Assembly: GCA_964291235.2 (NCBI GenBank)
Contig: OZ219815.1
Location: 416,001-480,000, forward strand
Reading direction: 5' to 3'
From: Vicinamibacteria bacterium
GTDB lineage: Bacteria > Acidobacteriota > Vicinamibacteria > Marinacidobacterales > Marinacidobacteraceae
DNA: 64,000 bases
Shown: piece by piece, positions 1 to 10,559 of the stretch
Numbering within the stretch: position 1 is the first letter of the stretch
How the letters are laid out: each line of letters begins with the position of its first letter
Notes under the pieces: model-generated
The model's input: the letters and a program-made list of their open reading frames with translations, nothing else
Database searches by the model: none
What the model was told of the DNA's origin: nothing
Position numbers and translations under genes: made by a program

Positions 1-78
1 GGTCGCCGCCAGGGCGAGCAGCAACGTGGTGGCCGCTACGGCGAGCGTGGAGCGGGTGACGCCGCGAAGGAGATGCAT
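1..78 (-). CDS. N-terminus of a secreted protein (runs off window)
   Basis: ATG at 78 gives MHLLRGVTRSTLAVAATTLLLALAAT, a signal-peptide-like sequence, open to the window edge. Confidence 0.6.
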   Translation of the reverse strand, partial: MHLLRGVTRSTLAVAATTLLLALAAT

Positions 79-183
79 GCCTTCAACCGCCGGCGGGGGC
101 AAGCCCCACCGGAACTAGCCATCTTATCCAATCTAACGAATCCACGTCGGACGATTCAATGAATTGGATAGTCGGGAGCGCAG

Positions 184-229
184 GGAGCGCCGGCCTCTGG
201 CCGGCATCGCGGCCGCAGGCCGCGAAACT
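184..229 (+). repeat. REP-like palindromic element (type A)
   Basis: GGAGCGCCGGCCTCTGGCCGGCATCGC; near-identical copies at 24251-24277(-), 32654-32680, 32812-32838(-), 32916-32942. Confidence 0.8.
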
Positions 230-341
230 CCCGAACCTGTTCGTCCCGGATGACGCCGCACCCCAGCGGCATGGCGCAATGCCCCGCAGCACCGGGTTCC
301 AGGTCCGGAGACGCCCTACCGGGTTCCCCGGGCGGCGTTCC

Positions 342-2240
342 TCAGAAGCGAACGGCGAGACCGCCGACGATGCGCCGGGGCGCGTGGGCCACCGCGATCT
401 CGTCCAGCAGGGAACGTCCCAGCATCTCCCGGAAAAAGAGATCCCGAACGGCGAGAGAAAGCTCCCACTCGGTCCCGCTCCAGTCGGCGAACGGAATGAG
501 CTGGACCAACTCCACATCGAATCGGGCCGTGTGCTCATCGGCGGCGGACAGCGCTGGATGGGTCGGCGCGAGACCCGGATGCCGGATCACGCGATATGCC
601 GCATTGATACGGGTCCCCGAAGGCCGCAGCCGCGCCACCACCTCGGCCGAAAGATCCTGGAGGACGGCGCGCTCCCCAACCGGGAGCAGGAGGCGGGCGG
701 CATTCGCGAGGCCGGGGCCGCCGGAGCCGACGAAACCAATCGGATCCGCGGGCGTGGCGAGCGATTCCTCACCGCCCGGATTCTGGACAACCGCCACCAG
801 CCACGACACGCGGCCGCCGAGATCAAGCCGCCGGCTGACCTGTCCCAACTCCCGAATCCAATCGAACGCGAACCCCGTCGAGGAGTAGTCGCCGGCATTC
901 GTGACGTCGAAGCGCCCTCCGGACACGGGTCCGGATTCGAACGTCCGCACGAGCTGGTCGGTGGTCAACTCCCGGAACAGGCGGGCCGCCAAGACGTGGT
1001 TCGGCGACGCCTCGAACTGGACGCCGGCCTGATACCGGGTGTTCCGCTGGGCCGCCTCCGAACCGAACCAGGAAGGATCGAGCGCGAGCAGGTCTCCATG
1101 CGCCACCCGGGACAGAAGAGCCGAGTCCTCTCCGATCGGGCCGTCCACCCGGACCGCCATTCCACCCATCAGCGTCCAGTTGTCGCCCGCCCTGACCTCG
1201 AGGACCGCTCGGGGCGCGAGACCCCGGTGTCCGGTCAGGTAGGAGAACCGGCGGTAGGTCAGGCCGGTGCTCAGACTGGCGCGCCCGAGGGTGAATTCAT
1301 CAGCGACGAACGCCGCGCCGTCCCACTCGGCCTGTGGTTCCTGGAGCAGCGCCAGGTTCAGGATCGGCGCCGCCGGCGGCCGGTAATCCGGCGCATCGCC
1401 GTAAACGTGGCGCTGGTAGGCGATCCCGGCAGCGAACTCGTGGCCGTCGAATTCCTCCATCGTGTAGGAGAGGTTGGCGGCCCAGGAAGCGAAAGCCGAT
1501 TCCATCAGCCGGGCCTCGGCTTCCCAGTTTCCGCGCGCCGTGGAGGGCAGTTCGAAACGGGTGTAGGCAATACCCGAATCCGCGGCCCGGCTCTCGGGAA
1601 GCCCAAGCGAACTACCCGATGCCGCGAAGAAGCCGAACTCCCCTTCCAGCGAAGCGAGCGCCGGGAAGCGGGATCCGCTGTTCCACGGGCCTTCCCAGGT
1701 GTTGTCGAAATCGAGCCCGGCGCGCCGATCCTTCAGGACGTTCCGCCGGCCGCGCTGGAGCAGCCAGCGAAGCTCCGACAGCGTGCCGGAACCCTGTTCC
1801 GATCCGATGGCCGCCATCTGGATCAGGAGGGTGTCCGCGAGGGAGGCCCCGCTCCGAACGAGCACCTGCGCCCGCGGCGAGGGGAGGAACCCAGCGAGAT
1901 ACGCCCGGAGGCTGTAGAGGCCGGGCGAGGCTTCGCCGACTTCGAAACGGCCCTCTTCGTCGGTCACCGCGAACCGTGCCGCGCCGTCGTCGCTTTCCGT
2001 GGCGAACACCGAAACCAGGGCTCCCGGCAGCGGGTTTCCGTCCTCGCTGGCCACCACCCCGGAAATCTGGGACAGGACCACAACTCCCGCAGCGGCCGTA
2101 GCCGCCTCGTTCGCCTCCCAGCCGCCGGGAGGTTCCCACGGGACGCTGAGGGCTGCGAAGGCCGGACTGACCGCCAGGAGCCCCGGGAGCGCAAGGCACA
2201 GGATCCGGCGCCTATTCCCGCCGATAATCCGGGGATTCAT
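342..2240 (-). CDS. Outer-membrane beta-barrel / TonB-receptor-like protein with carboxypeptidase-regulatory-like N-domain
   Basis: Signal peptide, ISGVVASEDGNPLPGALV...TDEEGRF motif, amphipathic beta-strands, C-terminal GGLAVRF. Confidence 0.7.
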   Translation of the reverse strand: MNPRIIGGNRRRILCLALPGLLAVSPAFAALSVPWEPPGGWEANEAATAAAGVVVLSQISGVVASEDGNPLPGALVSVFATESDDGAARFAVTDEEGRFEVGEASPGLYSLRAYLAGFLPSPRAQVLVRSGASLADTLLIQMAAIGSEQGSGTLSELRWLLQRGRRNVLKDRRAGLDFDNTWEGPWNSGSRFPALASLEGEFGFFAASGSSLGLPESRAADSGIAYTRFELPSTARGNWEAEARLMESAFASWAANLSYTMEEFDGHEFAAGIAYQRHVYGDAPDYRPPAAPILNLALLQEPQAEWDGAAFVADEFTLGRASLSTGLTYRRFSYLTGHRGLAPRAVLEVRAGDNWTLMGGMAVRVDGPIGEDSALLSRVAHGDLLALDPSWFGSEAAQRNTRYQAGVQFEASPNHVLAARLFRELTTDQLVRTFESGPVSGGRFDVTNAGDYSSTGFAFDWIRELGQVSRRLDLGGRVSWLVAVVQNPGGEESLATPADPIGFVGSGGPGLANAARLLLPVGERAVLQDLSAEVVARLRPSGTRINAAYRVIRHPGLAPTHPALSAADEHTARFDVELVQLIPFADWSGTEWELSLAVRDLFFREMLGRSLLDEIAVAHAPRRIVGGLAVRF

Positions 2241-2467
2241 ATGCAGGTAGTCAAGCGCGCCAGCCCCCTGTTGTCAAACGCCACGCGAATCTCCGAAGGG
2301 TCGCGAACGGCCCGCCTCCAGACTGCTATGTTTCGTAGCGTCATGAAGTTGCCCGCCAGGCACCGCTTCCGTCGCGTCAGAACAGCCTTGGCCGTCCCCG
2401 CGATTGCGCCGCTCGCGCTCCTGGCGAACTCCCAGCGGGAGCGCCGGCGCGGCGTGGACGACGATTC

Positions 2468-3769
2468 ATGACCCGGCGGATGGACGAGAGCGACACCTGG
2501 ATCGACCGGATCACAGCCCGCGAGATCCTTGATTCGCGGGGAAACCCGACCGTGGAAGCCGAGGTTTGGCTCGTCGGAGGCGCCCGGGGACGCGCGGCGG
2601 TGCCGTCGGGGGCCTCCACCGGCCGGCACGAAGCGGTCGAGCGGCGCGACCGGGATGAAGACCGCTACCGGGGCCGCGGCGTGCTGGGAGCAATCGCCGC
2701 CATCGAGGAACAGATCGGCCCCGAACTCGCCGGCGAGGACGCCGCCGACCAGGGAACCGTGGACCGGCTGATGATCGAACTCGACGGGTCGGAAGATCGG
2801 TCGCGGCTGGGAGCGAACGCGATTCTGGCCGTCTCGCTCGCCAGCGCCCGGGCGGCCGCCGGGGCCGCGGGACTGCCGCTCTACCGCTCGCTCGGCGGCG
2901 CCATCGCGGACACCCTCCCGGTTCCCTACTTCAACGTGCTGAACGGCGGCGCCCATGCCGACAACGCCCTGCTGGTTCAGGAATTCATGGTGGCGCCGCT
3001 CGGGTTCTCCTCTTTCGCGGATGCGCTGCAGGCGGGAGTCGCCGTGTACCACGAGTTGCGCGACGTGCTCGCCAAGCGCGGTCACTCGACGGCGGTCGGT
3101 GACGAAGGGGGTTTCGCCCCCGCCCTCTCCGACGGGGGGGAGGCGCTGGAGTTGCTGGTGGAGGGGATCGAAGGCGCCGGTTTCGTGCCCGGCGAGCAGA
3201 TGGCGCTCGCCCTCGACGTGGCCGCGAACGAGTTCGGGGACCAGGACGGCTATCGCTTTCCCTCGGATGTGCAGCCGCGTCCGGCCTCCGCGATGATCGA
3301 GATCTACGCGGCGTGGCTCGAACGGTTTCCGGCGCTGCTCTCCATCGAGGACGGGCTGGCCGAAGACGATTGGGAAGGCTGGGCCGCGCTGACCGCGGCG
3401 CTGGGCGACCGCGTCCAACTGGTGGGCGATGACCTCTTCGTCACCCAGGAAGACCGCCTGCAGCGGGGTATCGCCGAAGGTGCGGCGAACGCCATCCTGA
3501 TCAAGCCCAATCAGGTCGGCACCCTGACGGAGACGGTCCAGGTCGTCCAGAGCGCGCTGCGGGCGGGCTTCGGGGCGATGTTGAGCCACCGATCGGGCGA
3601 AACCGCCGACACCGCCATTTCCCACCTGGTCGTCGCGACCGGCGCCGGGCAGATCAAGGCCGGGGCGCCGTGCCGCGGCGAACGGGTCGCCAAGTACAAC
3701 GAACTCCTCCGCATCGAGGAGGAACTCGAGGAGCGCGGACGCCTCTGGCCGCATCCCGCCGCGCGCTGA
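2468..3769 (+). CDS. eno: Enolase (phosphopyruvate hydratase)
   Basis: [48 protein letters not shown] motifs. Confidence 0.97.
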   Translation: MTRRMDESDTWIDRITAREILDSRGNPTVEAEVWLVGGARGRAAVPSGASTGRHEAVERRDRDEDRYRGRGVLGAIAAIEEQIGPELAGEDAADQGTVDRLMIELDGSEDRSRLGANAILAVSLASARAAAGAAGLPLYRSLGGAIADTLPVPYFNVLNGGAHADNALLVQEFMVAPLGFSSFADALQAGVAVYHELRDVLAKRGHSTAVGDEGGFAPALSDGGEALELLVEGIEGAGFVPGEQMALALDVAANEFGDQDGYRFPSDVQPRPASAMIEIYAAWLERFPALLSIEDGLAEDDWEGWAALTAALGDRVQLVGDDLFVTQEDRLQRGIAEGAANAILIKPNQVGTLTETVQVVQSALRAGFGAMLSHRSGETADTAISHLVVATGAGQIKAGAPCRGERVAKYNELLRIEEELEERGRLWPHPAAR

Positions 3770-3781
3770 GGCGAGCCGCGA

Positions 3782-4381
3782 GTGGACCAGCCCTTCCGGA
3801 TCCGGCAGTACCCGCTGGAGACCGGCGCGCTCGAAATCCAGTTCATCGAGGAGTTCTTCGGGGAGTTCGACCGCAAGAAGACCGCCGTGCAGATCCGCGA
3901 GCGCCTGGCGGGCCGGGAACACGGCATCTTCATCGTGGAGGCGAACCTCCCCGAAGAGCCGGCCAGGTTCGCCCCGGTCTCCTACCGGGTCGCTCACGAG
4001 ATCCGGACCGAAGAGACGGACCCGGAACTGGTGGATCTGGTGGCCCGGCTTCAGGGCGCCGTGCGCTTTTCGGGACAGCGGGTTCTCTACGCCTGGCTGG
4101 GGGGGACCCGAAGCGACTGGCGCGGCCAGGGGCATTTCCGCGCCCTTGACGAGTTCCAGGAAGAGTGGGCCATCGAAAAGGGTTTTCGGGAAATCGTGGT
4201 CAAGACCAAGAACCGCTACTACGAGATGCGCAGCACCCTCACCCACCTGCATTTCGACGTCGTGAAGTACGAGCCGCACCCCATCCATAACGGCGACTCG
4301 AAGGTCTATCTGTCGAAGCGCCTGGGAGGCAGCACCCGGCGCTCGCGCACCGCGTCCCTGGCGCGCTATCTCGGGGTCTGA
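3782..4381 (+). CDS. GNAT-family N-acetyltransferase
   Basis: WLGGTRSDWRGQGHF acetyl-CoA-binding motif A; VKTKNRY..M motif. Confidence 0.75.
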   Translation: MDQPFRIRQYPLETGALEIQFIEEFFGEFDRKKTAVQIRERLAGREHGIFIVEANLPEEPARFAPVSYRVAHEIRTEETDPELVDLVARLQGAVRFSGQRVLYAWLGGTRSDWRGQGHFRALDEFQEEWAIEKGFREIVVKTKNRYYEMRSTLTHLHFDVVKYEPHPIHNGDSKVYLSKRLGGSTRRSRTASLARYLGV

Positions 4382-4529
4382 ACCCACCGCCGGCCCGCTC
4401 TCCCGAAAAAACCCGCGGCCGGCATCGCCCGAAGACCCGCGTAGCGCGGGGCGCCGCTCTTCCGCCGGCGCACGCCGGCCGGCCCCGGCTGCTATCTTCG
4501 CCGTCCGTTAGATGCGGGAGGATTCGGGT

Positions 4530-6587
4530 ATGTCCAAAAGAAACAAGTGCATCGTCGTCGTCTTCGGGTGCTTGCTGCTGATCGCGCTGTCAGTTCCGGC
4601 GGCCGCCGAGGTGGTCCGGTTCGAGATCCGCGAGCGGGCGGATGTGCTCGGGGGCAAGAGCTTCGGGCTGGCCGGGCCCTACGAGCAGATCATCGGGGTC
4701 GTCCATTTCGCATTCGATCCCGAAAACGACGCCAACCAGATCATCACCGACATCGGCCTCGCACCGCGGAACGCGGACGGCAAGGTGGAGATGTCCGCCG
4801 ACTTCCACCTGGTCCGCCCCAAGGTGATGGGAAAGAGCCGCGGAACGCTGCTCCACGAGGTGAACAACCGCGGCCGGAAGGGCATGCTCAGCTACTTCAA
4901 CATGGCGTCGGGGAGCCTCGCGCCGGCGACCGAAGCGCACTTCGGCGACGGATTCCTGATGCGGCACGGGTTCACCCTGCTCTGGCTCGGCTGGCAGTGG
5001 GATGTCCCGGACGACGATCCGCTCCGCATGCGCATGCACCCGCCGATCGCCACCAATCCGGACGGCTCCGCCATCGACGGCTTGGTGCGAGCTGACTTCG
5101 TGGTCCGGAGCGCTACCGACCACCACACGCTTGCCGACCGCAACCACCGGCCCTACCGGGTGAAGGATCCGGAGGACGCCGTGAACGTCCTGACGGTTCG
5201 CCGCCGGGTGGAAGACGAGCGGGAGGTCATTCCCCGTGACCAATGGGGCTTTGGCCGGGTGGAAAACGGTTCCGTGGTGCCCGATGACGGCGCGGTGCAC
5301 CTCGAGGGCGGCTTCCAGCCGCACCGGATCTACGAGGTCGTCTATCGCTCGCACAACCCGCCGCTCGTGGGCCTCGGCCCCGCCGGCATCCGGGACTTCA
5401 TCACCCTGCTCCGCCACGACGGGTCGGAGGAACTCGGGATCGCGAAGGGCGATATCACCAGCGCCCTCAGCTTCGGGATTTCACAGAGCGGCCGCTTCCT
5501 GCGGACCTTCTTGTACTACGGGTTCAATGGAGACGAGAAAGGACGCCGGGTGCTCGACGGCGTGATCTCCGACGTGGCCGGTGGCGGCCGGGGCAGCTTC
5601 AACCACCGCTTCGCCCAGGCATCGCGGGATGCCCACCCGTACATGAACCAGTTCCACCCGACGGACATCTTCCCCTTCACCGACGTGGAACAGACCGATC
5701 CGGAGACCGGGTTGACCGCGGGACTCCTCACCCGGCAGCGCGAAGCGTTCTACCCCCGGGTCTTCTACACGAACTCTTCCTACGAATACTGGGGTCGCGC
5801 GGCGAGCCTCGTTCACACCACCATCGACGCCAGCGAGGACGCCCGGATTCCGGGCCACGTGCGGGTCTATATGTATGCCGGCTCCCAGCATGGCCCCGCG
5901 GGCTTCCCGCCATCGGTCACCCTCGGGCAGCAGCGCGCGAATCCCAACAACTTCCGCTGGGGACAGCGGGCCCTGCTGCTCGCGATGGATCGCTGGACCA
6001 AGGGCGGCGAACCGCCGCCCGCAAGCCAGTACCCGAGCATCGAAGAAGGCACCGCGGTCGCCGCCGAGAACCTCGGATTCCCGGACATCCCCGGGGTGGA
6101 GTCCTCGGATCGGGTCCACTACGCCTACCGCGCCGACTACGGGCCGGAATTCGCGACCACCGGGGTGGTCACCCAGGAACCGCCGATCATCGGCAGCCGC
6201 TTCCCGATCCGGGTGTCCGCGGTGGATGAGGACGGCAACGAGATCTCCGGCATCCGCATGCCCGAGGTGGCCGTTCCCCTCGCCACCTACACCGGGTGGA
6301 ATCTCTTCAACGCCGAATCCGGGCCCCCGGACGAGCTCTCCAGCATGGTCGGCTCCTTCGTGCCGTTCGCGAAGACCGCCGCGGAAGCGCAGGCGGCCGG
6401 CGATCCGCGAAAGCCGCTCACCGACCGCTACGCCGGCCGCGAGGACTACCTCGGACGGTTCACCGAAGCGGCGCTCGAACTGATCGAAGCCGGGTATCTC
6501 CTCGGGGAGGACCTGCCGGCCCTCACCCGCCACGCTCTGGAACTCTGGGATCACGTCACCGGCGGCGAGGTGTCCGCCTCCCAGTAA
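4530..6587 (+). CDS. Secreted alpha/beta-hydrolase-domain protein
   Basis: Signal peptide; GISQSGRFLR nucleophile elbow; EYWGRAASL; VDEDGNE.SGIR.P. Confidence 0.8.
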   Translation: MSKRNKCIVVVFGCLLLIALSVPAAAEVVRFEIRERADVLGGKSFGLAGPYEQIIGVVHFAFDPENDANQIITDIGLAPRNADGKVEMSADFHLVRPKVMGKSRGTLLHEVNNRGRKGMLSYFNMASGSLAPATEAHFGDGFLMRHGFTLLWLGWQWDVPDDDPLRMRMHPPIATNPDGSAIDGLVRADFVVRSATDHHTLADRNHRPYRVKDPEDAVNVLTVRRRVEDEREVIPRDQWGFGRVENGSVVPDDGAVHLEGGFQPHRIYEVVYRSHNPPLVGLGPAGIRDFITLLRHDGSEELGIAKGDITSALSFGISQSGRFLRTFLYYGFNGDEKGRRVLDGVISDVAGGGRGSFNHRFAQASRDAHPYMNQFHPTDIFPFTDVEQTDPETGLTAGLLTRQREAFYPRVFYTNSSYEYWGRAASLVHTTIDASEDARIPGHVRVYMYAGSQHGPAGFPPSVTLGQQRANPNNFRWGQRALLLAMDRWTKGGEPPPASQYPSIEEGTAVAAENLGFPDIPGVESSDRVHYAYRADYGPEFATTGVVTQEPPIIGSRFPIRVSAVDEDGNEISGIRMPEVAVPLATYTGWNLFNAESGPPDELSSMVGSFVPFAKTAAEAQAAGDPRKPLTDRYAGREDYLGRFTEAALELIEAGYLLGEDLPALTRHALELWDHVTGGEVSASQ

Positions 6588-6714
6588 CCAGGGCCCCGGC
6601 GCCCGACCCCCGGCACCCGAGCTTTGCCGCCGCGGATGCGCCCTCCGGGGGCCGGCCCGGGATCCGGGCGATGCGTAGAGCCGGACCCGGGCGAACCGTG
6701 GTTCAATCCGCAGG

Positions 6715-7692
6715 ATGCGACGCTCCACCGCCACGGTAGCCCTCGCGCTCGCCCTCGGCGCCGCGTGTTCTTCCGGCGACGACTCCGGCGCTACCGTCAT
6801 CCGGCTCGGGCACATCGGCTTTCCCGATTCGCCCTTCGACCACGGCGCCCGGCACTTCAAGGCGCTCGTGGAGGCCCGCTTCCCGGGCCAGGTCGAGATT
6901 CGGATCTTCGGCACCGGCCAGCTCGGCGAGGACAAGGAGATGCTGGAAGGGCTGCGCCTGGGGACGCTCGAGATGCACGTGCCGTCGTCGGTGCTCCACT
7001 CGGTGGCGCCCGAGTTCGGCATCTTCGATCTCCCCTTCCTCGTCGAGGATCGCGGCCACTTCCAGAGGATCGTGGCCAGCGACATCGGAAAGGACCTCGA
7101 AGAGCTGCTGCAGCGCGAACACGGCCTGACTCTGCTCGCCTATTGGGAAAACGGCTTCCGGGTCATCACGAACAACGTGCGCCCGGTCGTGACCCCGGCG
7201 GATCTCGAGGGCATCCGGCTTCGCACCCCCAAGGATCCGGAACGCGTGCGCCTCTTCGAAACCCTGGGCGCCAGTCCCGCCTCCATGAGCTTCGGCGAGG
7301 TCTTCTCGGCGCTCCGGCAGGGGGTGGTGGACGGCCAGGAGAACCCGCTCGCCCAGTTGACGGCGGCGCGGCTCCATGAAGTCCAGCGCTACCTTTCGGT
7401 CTCGAACCACGTGTACACCCCGGCCTACCCGGTGATGCGGACCGCCTGGTTCGAGTCGCTTCCCGAAGACCTGCAGGCCGGACTCCGGCAGGCGGCACTC
7501 GAGACCGGCGACTGGCTGAGGGAATTCCTGGCTTCGGAAGACACCCGCCTGCTCGCCAGCCTCGAAGGCCAGGTTGCCGTGAACGAGGTGGATCTGCCGG
7601 CGTTCGCCACCGCCGCGGCGCCGGTCTTCGAGCACTACGAGACCCGGTTCGGCACCGCGTGGATCAAGACGGCGCAGGAACTGGCACGCTGA
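6715..7692 (+). CDS. TRAP transporter substrate-binding protein (DctP family)
   Basis: Lipobox LGAAC; ENGFR, GIRLR, LRQGVVDGQENP. Confidence 0.93.
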   Translation: MRRSTATVALALALGAACSSGDDSGATVIRLGHIGFPDSPFDHGARHFKALVEARFPGQVEIRIFGTGQLGEDKEMLEGLRLGTLEMHVPSSVLHSVAPEFGIFDLPFLVEDRGHFQRIVASDIGKDLEELLQREHGLTLLAYWENGFRVITNNVRPVVTPADLEGIRLRTPKDPERVRLFETLGASPASMSFGEVFSALRQGVVDGQENPLAQLTAARLHEVQRYLSVSNHVYTPAYPVMRTAWFESLPEDLQAGLRQAALETGDWLREFLASEDTRLLASLEGQVAVNEVDLPAFATAAAPVFEHYETRFGTAWIKTAQELAR

Positions 7693-8156
7693 CGACGCCA
7701 CCGGCGCGTCGGGACCCGCTGGCGGCGGTCTGTTCGCTGCTGCTCGGGGCGGTCGCGCTGCTCTGCCTCGTCGAGGTGACGCTCCGCTACGGATTCGGGG
7801 GTGGGCTCGGCTTCTACGACGAACTGGCGGGCTTCGCGCTCGTCTGGCTCACCTTCCTGGGCGCGGTGCTGGCGCGCCGGGACGGGGCCCACATCGGCAT
7901 CCGGGACCTGGTGAGCCGGCTCTCGCCTCGTCCGCGGCGGATTGCCCGGATCCTGGAACACACCACGGTCCTCGCCCTCCACCTGGTCCTCGGCTGGTTC
8001 GGGACGGTGCTGGTGCTTCGCTTCCTGGGCGAACGCTCGATCACCATGCCGATCCCGATGGGCGCCTTCTACCTGGTGCTGCCGCTCTTCGCGGTGCTCA
8101 CCGCGGCGATGGAAGCGCGGCGGCTGGCCGCGCTGTTCCGGCAGCGGGAGGACTGA
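7689..8156 (+). CDS. TRAP small permease (DctQ); probable CTG start at 7689, alternative GTG at 7659
   Basis: 4 TM helices, DELAGFALVWLTFLGA...HI; lies between dctP and dctM. Confidence 0.88.
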   Translation: MTTPPARRDPLAAVCSLLLGAVALLCLVEVTLRYGFGGGLGFYDELAGFALVWLTFLGAVLARRDGAHIGIRDLVSRLSPRPRRIARILEHTTVLALHLVLGWFGTVLVLRFLGERSITMPIPMGAFYLVLPLFAVLTAAMEARRLAALFRQRED

Positions 8157-8165
8157 CGGCCCTCA

Positions 8166-9458
8166 ATGGAGATCCTGGTCGCGCTGATCGCCGCGGTCGC
8201 GTTCATCCTGGTCGGGATTCCGATCGGCTACGTGCTGATCGCGGCGTCCGTGCTGGCGATCTGGCTCACCACGAACACCCCGCTGGTGGTGGTCCCGCTC
8301 CGCCTCTTCAACGGGACCGACTCCTTCCCGCTGGTGGCGATTCCGCTCTTCATCCTCGCCGGGGCGCTCATGAACCACGCCGGCATCTCCCGGCGCCTCA
8401 CCGACTTCGCCGCCGCGCTGGTGGGCTGGATGCGCGGGGGCCTCGCGATGACGACCACCGCCTCGAGCATGCTGTTCTCGGAAATGTCCGGGTCGGCCGT
8501 GGCCGACGCCGCGGCGCTCGGGAGCGTGCTGATTCCGGCGATGAAGGAACGCGGCTATCCGGCGCCGTTCGCCGCCGCCGTCCTCTCCGCGTCAGCGACC
8601 ATCGCGATCCTGATCCCGCCGTCCATTCCGATGATCCTCTTCGGAGCGGTTACCGGCGCCTCCATCGCCCGGCTCTTTCTCGCCGGGTTCGTCCCGGGGG
8701 TGCTCGCCGGCGCCTTCATCATGCTGGTGAGCCGAATGCTCGCCCGCCGGGGCGGCTTCGGCGACTCCGAGCCCTTCCGCTGGTCCCGGGCGGGGTCCAG
8801 CGCCCGGGCCGCCGCCTGGCCGCTGCTGATCCCGGCGGTCATCCTGGGCGGCATCTTCCTGGGCTGGTTCACGGCCACCGAGGCGGCGGCGGTCGCGGTC
8901 CTCCTGGCGTTGCTGATGGGGGTCGCGGGATACCGGACGGTGGGCTGGACGGCAATCCGCGACGCCTTCACCGAGTCGGCTCGCCAGACCGCAGTCGTGA
9001 TGCTGCTGGTCGCCGGGTCGGCGGTGCTCGGCTGGTACCTGGCCAACCAGCAGGCCCCGGAGCGACTGACGGCGTGGGTGCTGTCCCTCGCGGACGCGCC
9101 CTGGGCGGTCGCGCTCATCCTGAACGGCGTGCTGCTCCTGGCCGGAACCATCCTCCACAGCGCGGCGGCCATCGTGCTGCTCGTGCCCATCCTGCTGCCG
9201 CTGGCCGAGTCCGCCGGGATCGGGACGGTGCACTTCGGCATGATGGTGACCGTCAGCCTGGCCGTCGGCCAGCAGACCCCTCCGGTGGCCTCGGTGCTCA
9301 TCACCACCTGCTCGATCGCCAAGACCGAAATCTCCCAGGTGATGAAGGTCAACGTGTTCTTCATCGCCGCGCTGCTGGTGGTGCTCGGGATCGTCACGTT
9401 CTGGCCGGAAGCGAGCCTGTTCCTGCCGAACCTGATTCTGGGCGACGCCAGAGGCTGA
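8166..9458 (+). CDS. TRAP large permease (DctM)
   Basis: AIPLFILAG, SGSAVADAAA, IPPSIPMI, GQQTPPV. Confidence 0.94.
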   Translation: MEILVALIAAVAFILVGIPIGYVLIAASVLAIWLTTNTPLVVVPLRLFNGTDSFPLVAIPLFILAGALMNHAGISRRLTDFAAALVGWMRGGLAMTTTASSMLFSEMSGSAVADAAALGSVLIPAMKERGYPAPFAAAVLSASATIAILIPPSIPMILFGAVTGASIARLFLAGFVPGVLAGAFIMLVSRMLARRGGFGDSEPFRWSRAGSSARAAAWPLLIPAVILGGIFLGWFTATEAAAVAVLLALLMGVAGYRTVGWTAIRDAFTESARQTAVVMLLVAGSAVLGWYLANQQAPERLTAWVLSLADAPWAVALILNGVLLLAGTILHSAAAIVLLVPILLPLAESAGIGTVHFGMMVTVSLAVGQQTPPVASVLITTCSIAKTEISQVMKVNVFFIAALLVVLGIVTFWPEASLFLPNLILGDARG

Positions 9459-9514
9459 CGCCGGACGGCGGCAGGGATCGCCCCGGGGCGGTCAGCCCGC
9501 CGAGGGAGATTCGT

Positions 9515-9778
9515 TCAGCGCCTGGATGACGAGAGCCCGTCCTCGCCGTAGCCCAGGATCTCGGCGGGGGGACCCTCGTCGAGGACCGGAAGAGCGGCGC
9601 ATTCGGTGCCGATTGCCACCAGTCGGTCGGCGAGGCTCCCCCCGTCCCGATCGCGCCGTACTCGGGCCAGCCGATCCCGCAGAGCCCGCGTCACCGCCAC
9701 CGTCTTCGTCTCGCCGGTGATCCGGGCAAGCTCGGCGGCGAGCCGTTCCGCCTCGGCGTTACGAATGTTCAGCGCCAT
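9515..9778 (-). CDS. VapB-type antitoxin (Rv0623-like), apparently orphan
   Basis: MALNIRN.EAERLA.ELA..TGETKT.AV..AL and LPVLD...EILGY.EDG pattern. Confidence 0.8.
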   Translation of the reverse strand: MALNIRNAEAERLAAELARITGETKTVAVTRALRDRLARVRRDRDGGSLADRLVAIGTECAALPVLDEGPPAEILGYGEDGLSSSRR

Positions 9779-9921
9779 GAGCTATTCCTCGCCGTAGATC
9801 GTTGCACGGCAGCGCCGTCCTCGCGAAGCGCGAGCGCGCGCCGGCCCTCCGCACCTCCGCCGGGCCGGAAATCGGCTCTCTGGGGCGCGGTAAACTTCGG
9901 CCCGTCCGGACGACCTGGATT

Positions 9922-9997
9922 GGGGCTGTGGCGCAACTGGGAGCGCGCGTGAATGGCATTCACGAGGTCACGGGTTCGATCCCCGTCAGCTCCACCA
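9922..9997 (+). tRNA. tRNA-Ala (GGC)
   Basis: Cloverleaf GGGGCTG...CAGCTCC-A-CCA, G3:U70 pair, anticodon arm CGTGA-ATGGCAT-TCACG, TTCGA T-loop. Confidence 0.97.
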
Positions 9998-10092
9998 GGT
10001 CGTTTCTTCCATGGGTTCTCACGTGGGCCCACACTGTGTCGTAAGTCCATGATTCATAGGGCATTCGCGTTTGCGGAGTCAGGCTTCGGAAC

Positions 10093-10481
10093 CGCTACTT
10101 CGTCGGGGAACCGCTCGGCCGGAGCCTGCTGATCCCGTACGGCGGCGACCTGATCGCGGTGACGCATCGCGGAGTGACCCCAGGCTCGGCGGTGCTCCAG
10201 GGTCGCGGCATCCAGCGGTCCGACTACACCACCGACGCGATCCGGGGACCGAAGAAGTCGTGCGGAACTTCGCCGGCCAGCCCGAGTGGGGCGGCTTCGT
10301 CCACCCGTCCGGTGCTCTCCTGTTGTTCAACGTCCCCGACTACACCGGGAACGATTGGCCCTACCCGGGGCGGCAGTACCGCCTGAATACGGTGACGGGG
10401 GCCTGGTGCGAGGGGCTGGGAATCCCGGCGGCGCAGTGGGCCACTTTCGAGGAGAGGGCGCTCTTCAGGCACGACCAATAG
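10093..10481 (+). pseudogene. Frameshifted fragment of a phage virion (tail/DNA-stabilisation-like) gene
   Basis: Two frames join near 10250: VGEPLGRSLLIPYGGDLIAVTHRGV... / ...WGGFVHPSGALLLFNVP...QYRLNTVTGAWC...WATF; no proper start; directly 3' of a tRNA. Confidence 0.5.
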
Positions 10482-10559
10482 CCGGTTCTCTGCGAGTGGG
10501 GCAAGAGTTCCCCACCGTTCACGGGCGCCCGATCCCGGTCGAGAACTGGTCCCGCTTCG

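Noticed and set aside
159-2471. 770-aa plus-strand ORF
   Set aside because: Antisense shadow of the beta-barrel gene; Arg/Pro-rich, with no motifs
9759-10050. Short ORFs overlapping tRNA-Ala
   Set aside because: Explained by the tRNA gene; no coding signal
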